The notes under the pieces are model-generated. The model made no database searches, had not been told where the DNA came from, and saw only the letters and a program-made list of their open reading frames with translations. This document shows positions 41,395 through 53,275 of a stretch of 64,000 nucleotides of DNA, in pieces (within the stretch, counting starts at the first letter, position 1; each line of letters starts with the position of its first letter). The position numbers and the translations under genes are program-made. Origin of the DNA: Amoebidium appalachense (taxonomy: Eukaryota; Protista; Ichthyosporea); the NCBI GenBank assembly GCA_963693365.1, contig CAVNZM010000002.1, positions 4,232,259 through 4,296,258 on the forward strand, in the 5' to 3' direction.

Positions 41395-42511
41395 CTAGAT
41401 ATGCACCATAAACCGCGGGTTAAACAATATCCTATAGTTGTGCGCTCTCAAACAATCGTTCACCGCCTGATGTTCACACTTATCAGTCGCATCATAGGAA
41501 CAATGCATAAGCGCTTCCTTCACGTACATAGCCACCCCACCAAAACACGCATCAACATAATACGCAGGGTCGCTCGGCTTGTGCGTAATCCCCTCGTGAA
41601 ACCTAAAGTTGTCATTATGAAAAAACTTGTCTCGGAAAGCCAGAGAGTCAAAGTATCTTCCGAGGGCATATTCATGCATTCCTTCCGTGTTAATCCTGCT
41701 AGTAAATACGCGACCCCACTCCCTGGGCACGACGCCATTAGAACACGCCGCCTCCCACGGCAAACCAGAAACCATCAAACCGAACGTGTGCGCGATACCT
41801 TGCATGCTGACGGGATGACCCACGTCCATATCGTACACAACAACAATATCCGCATTATCGTATTCATCTCGCCTCATGTGAGCCATGTACATGTTTCGCA
41901 AGAGGGCAAGAACTTGGAAACGCATCGCCGCGGTGTCCCCTTCCTTCCTGCTCTCCGCCATGGAGAATCGGTACGAGTGCACGTGCACATTGCTGTTCGT
42001 GTCTGCCCACTCCAAAAGCATCTTCTTTGTGCTGTCTATACTGTCGTTTTCAATCACCAGCACCTGGTAAGAACGAAACAGGTTCCCAATGTCCGTTATC
42101 CGCTTGAACACGTTTGGAAAACTCTTTTCGTTGTTGCGAGATATCGCCGCCACAACGAGGTTCAGCTTTTTCATCGCCGCGTACCCAAGAGCTATCAATT
42201 CCTTTTCTGTTTTCTTTGGCATTGCCATAGTGTCGTTTTCCAGCTGTGTCCCTGTGTATTTGTCAATGACGGTGAATGCGCCGTTTGCATCTCTTCTTCT
42301 TGTTTCTGTTTTTAGCTGCATCTCTGCAATGACGGGATCCTCGGGGATGTCTTCGGGCAGGATTTCATATTCGAGTTGTCTGCGGTGGGGGTATTGAGGG
42401 TGAGAAGAAGAAGTGAAGTGGGAGGAGGTGTGCAGGTGATGGACAGGTGTATGTGTGTGGGTGTGTGTGTGCAGGGGGGAGGGGGAGAGGGGGAAGAGGA
42501 GGAGGTTGTCC

Positions 42512-42572
<61 letters not shown>

Positions 42573-43329
42573 GGGGGGGGGCAGGAGGCGGAGGGAGGGG
42601 AGGGAGCGGAGAGAGGACCAAGGGTGTGAGGGGGGGGGGGGGAGGTTGTGCTTGTGCTTGTGTTTGTGTTTGTGTTTGTATTTGTGTTCTCGTGTTTGTG
42701 TGTGAGGGGATGGGGAGAAGGGGGTGTGCTTGTGTTCGTGTTTGTGTGTTTGTGTGTGTGTGTGGGAGGAGGGAGGGGAGGGAGGGGGAGAAGGGGGAGG
42801 TTGTTCTTGCGCTTGTGCTTGTGTGTGCGTGTGTGTGCGCTCATGCATGTGTGCTTGTGTGTGTGTGCGCACGCGCGCGTGCGTGTGTGCGGGTGCCGGT
42901 GTGTGCCCTCCGGTGTGTGTGCGTGTGTGTGTGTGTGTGCGTGCATGTTCGCATTCGGTTTGCGCACCTGTTTATGTGTGTTTTTGTGTCTGCGTGGGTG
43001 TGAGTGTGTGCATGGATGTGGGTGGGTGAGAGAGTGTGTAGACACAAGTGGGAGGTGATGGATGGCGATTAAGGTGTGTATGTGTGTAGGGGAGGAGTCG
43101 ACAGGGTGGGGAGGTGGGCTCGTGGTGTTGTTGGATATTATAAAGCTAATATCCCCTGTTTACATGCGCATGTACGTGCGGCGTGTGTGTATGTGTGTGT
43201 GCGCGCGCGCACATGTGTGCGCACGCACAGTGCCTGGGTGTGCTGTGTCTATGCGTGCGCGTGCGTATGCATGTGCCTGTGCGTATGAGTGTGCGCGTGT
43301 GTGGGTGGGTGTGAGTGTGCGTGCATGTG

Positions 43330-43407
<78 letters not shown>

Positions 43408-44406
43408 GGCACGCGCACGTATGTGTGCACGTGTTGCATGTGCTGCGTTCAAATAGGCGCATATGAGCTGCAACCAACTACGCAAACCAGAATACTATTA
43501 AGAAGGCAAGGTCACACATGCACAAAACTCGGCAAGCATATGCATGCATACACATCGAGTACAGCAAAAAAGGTGTGCTCACACATACACAAGTGCACAA
43601 AACACATGTAGACGGATGTGTGCACACAAAACACCATAGACACCGCACGCACACCAACACATGCATACGCACCCGCACTTCCCCCTCTTCCCTAACCCCT
43701 CCCCCCCCCCGTCCCTTTCCCCTCCCCTCCGCCCTCCCCCCTCCCCCCCCCCCCCCCCAAACACCCCCACCGCTCTCTCCACGCACACATACCCCGACAC
43801 AACACACCCATGCACGACCACACTGGCAACACACACACACAAATACACACACGCGCACACACACACACGCACACACACAAGGACGCACCAAACGCTCACA
43901 TTTATTGTATGGGCGCACACACATACCCACGCATATCACACTTCATGCACACAACGGCATGCTGGATCCCCCCCCCCCCCCCCCCCCCCCCCCCCGGCAC
44001 CCCCTTAGCACCTCATGCCCACACACCCACGTGCTAACACCTACCCAATCTTGTTGATTACCAACGCAGCTCCCTTCAATGCAGGCTGTTGTACAGCGGC
44101 TGCAACAGGTACGGGTTGAAGACGTGTAAGGAGGGTTGTCGAGTCGTCCAGCGTATCAATTTGTAGTGACTGGGTTAAGACTGTGTGACTGGGACACCAT
44201 AGGTTAAAGGAAACAGAAGGTTTGGTGGTTGGGATGCACTCCGCTGGTGGCCACAGTAAGTAGATGAATGAAGTAAGTATTAATAGTAGACCGGCACGTT
44301 GCATTCGTGCTGCTGTGATCTTTTGATTGAGTAAGTTGAAGGATTGTGATGGAAGACGCACGGAGGTGTGTCCGTTCTCCCCTTGGTTTGTAGGTGTCGC
44401 GATCAT
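41395..44406 (-). CDS. Type II membrane glycosyltransferase, CAP59/GT69 (cryptococcal mannosyltransferase)-like, 2 exons, 448 aa
   Basis: Exon 44406-44045 (TM segment GLLLILTSFIYLLW) joins exon 42379-41395 through a phase-2 GT-AG intron. Motifs: IENDSIDST, LALLRN, YDMD (DxD), YFDSLAFRD, ACFGG, CEH. The start codon choice is inferred. Confidence 0.82.
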
Positions 44407-45306
44407 GTTGGTGTGTGTGTGTGAGTTTGAGTGTGCGTGAGTGGTTTCTGAAGTGTGGATGACTCTAAGAGTTAACGGAAACACAACAACACTCAGCACG
44501 TGTCCTTTTCCTAGGCGTGACCGATTGCCGGTGGTTTCAAGTTATCCACTCCGTGCGACTTCAGTACGAATGTGTGGCCACAACAGCTATTAGGCTTTAC
44601 GTTACTGCTCCAAGTAGATCCCTTACCCATATGAATGCCCCTAGAATCACACCATCATACTAGAAAGGATGCAGTGAGTGAATCTAACGCCAGTACTACT
44701 TACAAAAAAGAAAGTAGTCGAAGGAGCGTTCAAGCGACACGTTGCTTTCCAATGATAACTCTGACTCAAAATCATACTACTCCTCTAGTTGCTACTTTTA
44801 AAAACACGACCACACTTCGATTACCACTTGAGTTTCCAAAACTTGAAAGCCCTAAACTCGCGCAAAGGAATACTGGTAACCATTACTTATCTATGGTGGT
44901 AACAATTAGGTTGCTTCGGCCCTATCCCCCTTTCACCACAGTTTTCTTTTACCCACATAGAGGGTCACCAAAAATAATTGCTGGGTGTCACACTGACTCA
45001 CTGGTGATGGACTCCGTGCCCTAATATTAGCGCTGGACCATGACCTTCATGCAGGGTGTGAAATTTGCTTTTGGATCGGATACTTGTTCCATATCAACAG
45101 CAACTTTTCCCAGCCTGGATGGCCCTAATAGAACAACCGATCGTTTTTAGTTGGTGTTTTTATTGTAGGCCTATATTGGTATGGTCGTACTAGAGCCACT
45201 GGTTGAAAAACAATAGACTTTACCACGAAAAGTAGGCGCTTTGCAGAAACCAGGGGTAAATCTGCGGACCTTGATCCATAATTTTAAATCCTGATTTTAC
45301 TGACTC

Positions 45307-46169
45307 AATTTCCTTGAAGCAGAAGTTGCCTCCTTTCTATCTAACAACTGTTGTAAACCTGGGCCTGTAACGCTCTCGATATATGGTCTGGTCCCAATAG
45401 CTGCTAGAGTATCCTATCTCGCGCTGAAATTCAATAAGCACATAAGCCGCTTAAAGAAGTATTTGCCCTCCCACCCTCTCTTCTCTATCCGACCTGTCCC
45501 CTCCTCACCTCTCCCCTCTTTCCTCCCCTCTCTCTCCCCTTCTCCCCTGGGCACAAATACAAATAAACCCCGCAATAGTGTGTGTGTGACTTTGGACTGC
45601 CACTTACTTATTAAACATGTACACAATCACAAGATAATCACGCAATATAACAAATGGAAAAAGATACCACACGACACTAGACCCGATGAAAGCATACACC
45701 TTGAAAAACTAAGCCTTATGTCTCGTTTTATATATACTGACCGCCTCAACCATATTGCCAAATATGGCACTCGCAAGTGTATAACACCTAAATACATATT
45801 ACCTTCCTGTAGAACTGGTCTTTCTCTAGCTGATGGTATTATTGATCAATTACCACGCTTTTACTGTACACGTGCTATACAGTGGAGATCTAATAAGTAT
45901 AAGGTGGCATCATTTGCATGCCCAAACAACACACACACACACCAGTTTAACCGGTCATGTATCGCCAAATGTAGTTTGATAGACCACATAATACCGCAAC
46001 ACACACACGTCACATTCACAACAGACACCCAGAAAGATAGCCTACCTGTAAATTACAACATCCTTGATTTTATACTAAACACGCGTAACTACGACCTGTT
46101 TATTAGATGTATTGATTGGCTTGAGAAACACATCACTACAAAATTATAGCGCACGCGCACACACACACA

Positions 46170-46226
<57 letters not shown>

Positions 46227-46258
46227 CCAGCTGATACCGAGTGTCCCGAGGGGAGCCC

Positions 46259-46304
<46 letters not shown>

Positions 46305-46500
46305 GGGGAACCCCAACTAATTGATTTCTCCTTGTAGTCTTTATGGTGTCTCGTAGAGAAAGTAAACCCTGATATATAGTCACCACCCGACATCTATGTA
46401 CGTGATCATGATATACCGCTGAGGGGATATTCCGAGCAAAAACCCCCCCCCCATACCTGAGACTGGTTCTCTTTGCCTCGAGTAAACAGCGTAAACCCCA
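45307..46500 (+). mobile_element. 5'-truncated LINE family A, copy 2 (ORF2 C-terminus + 3' UTR)
   Basis: Nearly identical to the reverse complement of 47138-48331. Ends at GTAAACCCCA. Confidence 0.95.
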
Positions 46501-47334
46501 AGGATACGACCCCCTACACTTCTGTTTATACGATTTTTGGGGGGTACTAGCAAAATACAAAACATTCTGGAACGTTACATAATAACAAGCAGGGCACTTA
46601 TAATATTAGATATCTACACAATCAAGTCAGAAAACTTCACTCCCTTCCACATATATGGTAGGTGTTAGCCGAATACTGTTTAAAACCTACTAAATTAACC
46701 AAAAAAAGAGGCTTCTCAATACTTTCAATTGAACATGTAAATGTTTTTCATTTGACTGGATTTATTCGACGGAAAGATATGCAAGTATGCACGGCATACT
46801 GAGAAGACATTAAAACTTCCGAGTTATCCAGTAACAAGTGCATACTGAGATACCTGAACACTGTGTGAAAAACATATAAATACTCAATGTGACGAAATTC
46901 AACAAAAAGTCTAAAGTGGTCACATTGCCAGCCAGTGTAGCAGACACCCGTAGGGAAAGAGGTAAAACGCGACATAAAAACTCACACCTATCAACATGCT
47001 TGCGATTAAAAAGTTCAGCACAAAAGTGGCACCAGCGGCGATGGAAACAAAAATATACAACGCCACTGCACAACTTCCCAGGCAATATCAACATCAGAGC
47101 ACCATACAGACTTATCTACTAGGGTGGTATCCATACGTGGGGGTTTACGCTGTTTACTCGAGGCAAAGAGAACCAGTCTCAGGTATGGGGGGGGGGGGTT
47201 TGCTCGGAATATCCCCTCAGCGGTATATCATGATCACGTACATAGATGTCGGGTGGTGACTATATATCAGGGTTTACTTTCTCTACGAGACACCATAAAG
47301 ACTACAAGGAGAAATCAATTAGTTGGGGTTCCCC

Positions 47335-47378
<44 letters not shown>

Positions 47379-47410
47379 GGGCTCCCCTCGGGACACTCGG
47401 TATCAGCTGG

Positions 47411-47481
<71 letters not shown>

Positions 47482-47485
47482 TGCG

Positions 47486-50400
47486 CTATAATTTTGTAGT
47501 GATGTGTTTCTCAAGCCAATCAATACATCTAATAAACAGGTCGTAGTTACGCGTGTTTAGTATAAAATCAAGGATGTTGTAATTTACAGGTAGGCTATCT
47601 TTCTGGGTGTCTGTTGTGAATGTGACGTGTGTGTGTTGCGGTATTATGTGGTCTATCAAACTACATTTGGCGATACATGACCGGTTAAACTGGTGTGTGT
47701 GTGTGTTGTTTGGGCATGCAAATGATGCCACCTTATACTTATTAGATCTCCACTGTATAGCACGTGTACAGTAAAAGCGTGGTAATTGATCAATAATAGT
47801 TCCATCAGCTAGAGAAAGACCAGTTCTACAGGAAGGTAATATGTATTTAGGTGTTATACACTTGCGAGTGCCATATTTGGCAATATGGTTGAGGCGGTCA
47901 GTATATATAAAACGAGACATAAGGCTTAGTTTTTCAAGGTGTATGCTTTCATCGGGTCTAGTGTCGTGTGGTATCTTTTTCCATTTGTTATATTGCGTGA
48001 TTATCTTGTGATTGTGTACATGTTTAATAAGTAAGTGGCAGTCCAAAGTCACACACACACTATTGCGGGGTTTATTTGTATTTGTGCCCAGGGGAGAAGG
48101 GGAGAGAGAGGGGAGGAAAGAGGGGAGAGGTGAGGAGGGGACAGGTCGGATAGAGAAGAGAGGGTGGGAGGGCAAATACTTCTTTAAGCGGCTTATGTGC
48201 TTATTGAATTTCAGCGCGAGATAGGATACTCTAGCAGCTATTGGGACCAGACCATATATCGAGAGCGTTACAGGCCCAGGTTTACAACAGTTGTTAGATA
48301 GAAAGGAGGCAACTTCTGCTTCAAGGAAATTTGCCAAGGGTTTAAGCGCTCTAGTTCTCTCTTTCTTGATCCAAGCGGCGAGAAGGGGTAAACCATATTC
48401 ACATGCCGGGAAGACAAAAGTGCGAATAAATGTAAGTCTAATAGAAGGATGGAGGGGTGTGTCTTTAAAAATATTAGCCGAGAAGAAAGCTAACCGCTTA
48501 CGAGCCAACTCTACCCTCTTTTCGACCATATGGGGAAATGTCATGTGCTGAGCTGATTCGTATTAGTTTGCTTCTATATTTTGTGTTTTGGTGAGTGAAT
48601 TTCGGGGGTTTTCTTGCATAGTGATGCCGGGGTCTAAATGGGGTATGAGGAGATTAATCAGTGGTATGGGGAGAATCTGATGCAGCGGCGGCTGATTGTT
48701 TGGTGCGCGCGTGCATGCCCCATGCCTCTGCGTACTCTCCATGTTAAATGTTGTATTGCTTCTTGCTGTGTGCGTGGCGAGACCCATGTTGCCTGCTCGC
48801 GTGTGTGTATGCTTATATGTATTGTGAGTAAACGTGTGTACGTGTTGTAGTGCTGTAGGGGTGTCTGAGGTCGCGGTAGCCAATGGTGTGGAGTGCGTGT
48901 AGTCTGTGGGGGAGGGAGTGTTGTGATTGGCTGAATGTCACTGTGGTATTTGTCTGGCCAGTGGGCCGCGTGTCTGTGAAGTGTCTCGCGGGGTCGCGGG
49001 CTTTTGGAAGTTCTTCTCAGAACACAAAAAACTCGCTTCCCACCCAACTCAAAGAAAAGTTTATACGTATACACGGTTTCGAGCCCCTTTAAGCGTGCAG
49101 ATAGTTAGAGTAGTTCATATACACTCTGTTTGTAGCCACGACAGGAAACATAACACCAACAGAATCAACCGGAACACCAAGATATTTGTATTCTGGAACT
49201 ATAGGTACAGGTTTAGATGATAATGTAAATGTGTGTAAATTGTTAGCTATATCAGGTACAAGAACACCACATTTGTCTATGTTAAGGATCATAAGGTTTG
49301 CCTTGCACCACTCTGACACTACATCGAACAATCTTTGCAGGCGTCTAGGGGTACGGGCAAGGAGGGACAGATCATCAGCATAGAGAAGTGCAGGCGGAAA
49401 GTTATTAATAGGGTCATCGTTTTCGGCGTAAATCTTGACAGCCAAATCATCTATAAATAGGTTAAACAAAAAGGGGCTAAGCAATGAACCCTGCAAGAGA
49501 CCTCTAGTACGAGCAAAACCATATGAAAGATGCCCATTAACCACAGCTCTACCATAGGTTTGAGACAAGAGTGCTTCTAACAGAACACCAATGCAGTGTG
49601 GTACACCCCGTGCAGCAAGCTTTTCCCATAGGAGACCAGGGGAGACAGAATCGTAAGCAGTTTTCCAATCAATAAAGCCAACATATTGTGCACCAACTTG
49701 CATAGAATCGTGCAGTGCCATTATTTGAACATAACATGAATTGTTTTTACGAAAAGCGGATTGGCATGGGTGTATGTGAAGAATAGATTGAAACCTAGGG
49801 TGATGTGCAAATAACCTAAGTAAGCAAGCTTCAAAGAATCTACGAACAACCTGGGTTAGTGTAATGGGGCGAAAGGATGATATGGGGCCCTCAGAGTCCT
49901 TCTTAACTATGGGGATCACTAAGGTATCTAACCAAGATGACGGGACATGTCCACATTTAACACACCAAGAAAAGAGAGAGCTTAACATGATAGTAAGATC
50001 AGGTTTAATAGCACGATCACTTTCCTTTTGTGGGTAGGAGGGAACAAGGATTTTAAGATACCCAGCAGGGAGTCCATCAGGTCCACAAGACTTACTAGAG
50101 CTATAACTAGATATCACAGACCATATGGCATCGGGACTGAAAAAGGGGAGGATCGATTCTATGGGGATAGATGGGTCTACAGGCCACACAATAGGTTTCT
50201 GAGCGGGGGTCCTATCTTTAAACAGTTCCGAGAAATACTTATCAGAGTCTATGAGGGGGTCTCCAGTGGTATCACCAATAATACGAGCAGGGGGTCCAAA
50301 TCGATTCATACTAGCAAGCCGGCGCAAGCTTTCCTTTTGAGACAGGGGTTCACCTACTCTAGCGGGAGTGGTGTTTGGTAACAAGAGAGCATCGGGATAT

Positions 50401-51293
50401 TCCTTCCTACCACCGCCAGCATAATCACCGAGATCTATCAAATCATCAACAATAAAGTTAGTGCATGTATCTAGTACGAGATGTGAATCTGGCCTGGCTT
50501 GTGCAGATTCTAATAGGCGCATATATATAGGGTGTTTCGTAGCATAGCATACACATACATCAACTCTACCCCACTGTGACTTAAGCTGGGATAGACGGAG
50601 GCGAAAGGTGGGAGGGGGAGGGGGGAGCAGATCAAGGGAGATCTTAGGTAGGAAAAGGATAGGAGAGTGGTCAGATGACCTAGAGAGGTTAGGAGGGAGA
50701 GAGAGTTTTGACATGGTTGATGGCCAAAAGGCCACTCCCCAGTCGGTGTTGTGGGCATGGGATATTTGAGGGAACCGCAAAGTGTGACTTTGGACATACC
50801 TTGCTAAAGGGATAGCACGCTCCGGGGGCTTAGATGGGTACCCGACACTCACTTGCAGTGTGTCTGTGTGGTGGAGTCGCGTGTTAAAATCACCTAAAAT
50901 AACAGTGGACATTGGTAACTGTGACAACTCGTGAGTCAATTCGACAACCGACATAGATGGTGGGTAATATACAAAAGTAAAAACATTAGAAAGAAACTCT
51001 ATAGAAACCGAGAATTCCGTTTTTGCTACCGGTTTGCACTTCACTCTCACGTGTGGTGCGGCAAGTACAATAATGCCTCGGTTTTTCGCGTAACCGGGGT
51101 GTGTGGATGTGTCGACCAATGTAGAGTTGAATTTGTGGTGGTTTTTAAACTGTGTTTCGCAAATCACTGTAAACGTGTGGTTGTTTGTCTGTTGTTGTAT
51201 GTAGCTGATTTTATCGTCGAGTGTCCCGGGGGGGAGGCCCTTTTGGGGGCCCAGTGTCCGAGCATTCCAGAAGAAGAAGGATAAATTAGGCAT
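47486..51293 (-). pseudogene. LINE ORF2 (APE-RT-Cys/His), otherwise open but split by a 605-bp insertion
   Basis: FWNARTL, CETQ, GDFN, SDH (APE); FRPITL, DWKTAYDSV, QGSLLSPFLFNLFIDDL, YADD, YKYLG (RT). The frame breaks at GVMFP and resumes at FPHMVEKR. Confidence 0.93.
48539..49143. mobile_element. Solo LTR (605 bp) of an LTR retrotransposon
   Basis: TGTCATG...CACGACA termini (TG..CA, imperfect inverted repeat), 5-bp TSD GGAAA at 48534-48538 and 49144-49148. Absent at the homologous site of copy 1 (~2208-2215). Confidence 0.88.
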
Positions 51294-52470
51294 CGGTTTG
51301 GTCCGACACCTGTGGGGTTGGTTCCCACTTGTCGCTTACGGGGTCGTATGCACGACCTTCCGCCAGCGCGAACAGTTCGCAGAAGAGCTCGATTTCCATC
51401 TCGCATCGGCGTTTGCGCTCGAGCAGTTTCTCACCAGAAAACATTGGTTCCTTCGTGTCCGTGTCTATCACGCTCGTAGCATCGTTTTCCAACTTTGCGA
51501 GGAACTCTTTTGCCTTGCTGATGCGTACACGACAACGTGTGGCGCACGCATTCTTAGCAGACACTTTACGTTCTTTGTCTGCTTTCTGAATGTTTTCCGG
51601 CGCGCATGGGTCGTAGCTTGGGAGGTGGGTGAAGAAGCTTCCACACCCCTTTGTCGCGTCACGGATGAACGCACGGTTATAGTCGCCCCGTACTGCTACT
51701 TCCAGCACATCGTATCCAATGAAGGACAGACAAAGGATGCGAGAGCACCGGAAGCCGAGAGCCTTGAAGATGGACCACATGGCCCTGTGTGGGCGTCTGC
51801 CGTGCTTGACTTTGAAATACACCCTCTCGTATTTGGGTGGGATGTTGATGTTACCGTTTGCTTGGGTGTTCCCCTTAGCCGGCGGTTTGGGAGGGGAGTT
51901 GCGGCGGTACTCGTTGCCTGCAAGAATGCTGGCATATGTTTCCTTGGCAATTTGGCGGAGCTCGGGTGTTTTACGAGAGTTCGCATATTCTAGGAACTCT
52001 GCCGGGAGCTGTGCTTCCGGTCCTGTGTTGTTTTGTGTTGGGGTGGAAATGTCTCCGTCGCGAGATGTTTGCTCATGAGTTTTGGGGTTTTGCGATCCAC
52101 TAATGTTTAGCTGGGCTGTGAGTGAATCAATGGTGAGCTTGAGTTGGGTATTTTCTGTTTGGAGTTTTTCTATCATGTTCTTGAGTGGTAACAGCTCATT
52201 TAGCTGTTTCTTAACGAGGGCAAGTTCTGCCAGTACTGTATCAACCGAAAGTTTCGGCATGGTTGTTATTGTGTTTCTACGGAGTGGTGTGGTGTTATTC
52301 TGAATGGGTAGTGTATTGTAAATAGGTGTTGCGCTTAGTCTAAGGCGATGTTTTTCTGGTTGTGCATCTGTGGTAGGTGTATCTGCTGGACGTTTTAATG
52401 GTCGCACATGTGTGATGGGTGTAGATGGAACTTTGAAAGAGGTTCTGAAACGATTATAGGCATGTGCCAT
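51286..52470 (-). CDS. LINE ORF1 protein (coiled coil + putative RRM-like domain), 394 aa
   Basis: Intact ORF directly upstream of ORF2. Heptad segment LAELALVKKQLNELL...IEKLQTENTQLKLTIDSLTAQL, a YASIL motif and an alpha/beta block YERVYFK...ILCLSFIGYDVLEV. Confidence 0.85.
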   Translation of the reverse strand: MAHAYNRFRTSFKVPSTPITHVRPLKRPADTPTTDAQPEKHRLRLSATPIYNTLPIQNNTTPLRRNTITTMPKLSVDTVLAELALVKKQLNELLPLKNMIEKLQTENTQLKLTIDSLTAQLNISGSQNPKTHEQTSRDGDISTPTQNNTGPEAQLPAEFLEYANSRKTPELRQIAKETYASILAGNEYRRNSPPKPPAKGNTQANGNINIPPKYERVYFKVKHGRRPHRAMWSIFKALGFRCSRILCLSFIGYDVLEVAVRGDYNRAFIRDATKGCGSFFTHLPSYDPCAPENIQKADKERKVSAKNACATRCRVRISKAKEFLAKLENDATSVIDTDTKEPMFSGEKLLERKRRCEMEIELFCELFALAEGRAYDPVSDKWEPTPQVSDQTDA

Positions 52471-52559
52471 GACATGGATGGGGGTGTTCCCCGGCCCTTA
52501 GGGCCACGGATGGCCTGGTTTAGGGGTGGATGCGCGAAGGATACTATTTATTAGCAGAT

Positions 52560-53275
52560 AATAAAGAGCGACATTTGAATCGATGTGTGCGACTGAATCC
52601 ATACGTACAGCAGGAGAAAGGTATCCTGCCAAAGCACCCAAAAAGCGATAATGATCAGTACGGTGTTGCCTAAGGAACATAACACTGTTACATACCGACT
52701 GAGTTTTACCTTTGATTTCTATCAGAACGAGAAAGAAACTAATACTGCGTATGGTAATAACGCGAAAAAGGCAGAAAAACAGGAAGAGAAAAGAAAGAGG
52801 GAGTGAGATAGCGAGAGGAAGAATCAGGTTGAAAGAGGGTAGGCTGAGGACATCCAGAAGTAGCGTTGGTGAATCGGGGGGGAAGAGGGATGGAGGGAGG
52901 GGGGGGAAAGAAAGCATAAAGAGGTTGACCATCAGGTATCCTAACTAAATGAAGACAAAAACGAAGAGACAATTCCTCCATACGACAAACAGCAGACGAC
53001 AATCCAAACATACTGATTAAGGGAGGCACAAACCGAGTACGAAACAAAGTGCGCAGCGCAGTACCCTGAAAATCGTCGAACTCTTTCAGCGCCACGGCCG
53101 CCTCGCGAGGTGGGGCGCAGGCCAATAGCGGAAATTCATATTCGAAAGTCGGCCGTAAAAAAGTTTTATAGTAGAGAAGAAGGTTCGCAGGATGGATCAG
53201 AGACTCCCGTTGAAACATATTTGACACGATGTGAAGCTTACCCTTCGCACGAATGATCCGTGCCATGAATGTAAA
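52560..53275 (-). mobile_element. Fragment of a second, diverged LINE family (B): post-RT region of ORF2
   Basis: IHPANLLLYYKTFLRPTFEYEFPLLA aligns by eye with family A LHPSIRLTFIRTFVFPACEYGLPLLA; MFGLSSAVCRMEELSLRF aligns with IYGLVPIAARVSYLALKF. Confidence 0.8.

Larger units (their letters stand above)
47138..52500 (-). mobile_element. Near full-length LINE family A, copy 3 (ORF1 + ORF2), interrupted by a solo LTR
   Basis: ORF1 52470-51286, ORF2 51293-47486 and a 3' UTR shared with copies 1 and 2. The 5' end is uncertain (~52500-52560). Confidence 0.95.

Noticed and set aside
41401-42315. 304-aa plus-strand ORF
   Set aside because: Antisense shadow of the glycosyltransferase exon.
46225-46500. 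Hammerhead ribozyme in the LINE 3' UTR (CTGATACCGAG, CTGATATATAG)
   Set aside because: No CUGANGA...GAAA core with compatible stems could be assembled.
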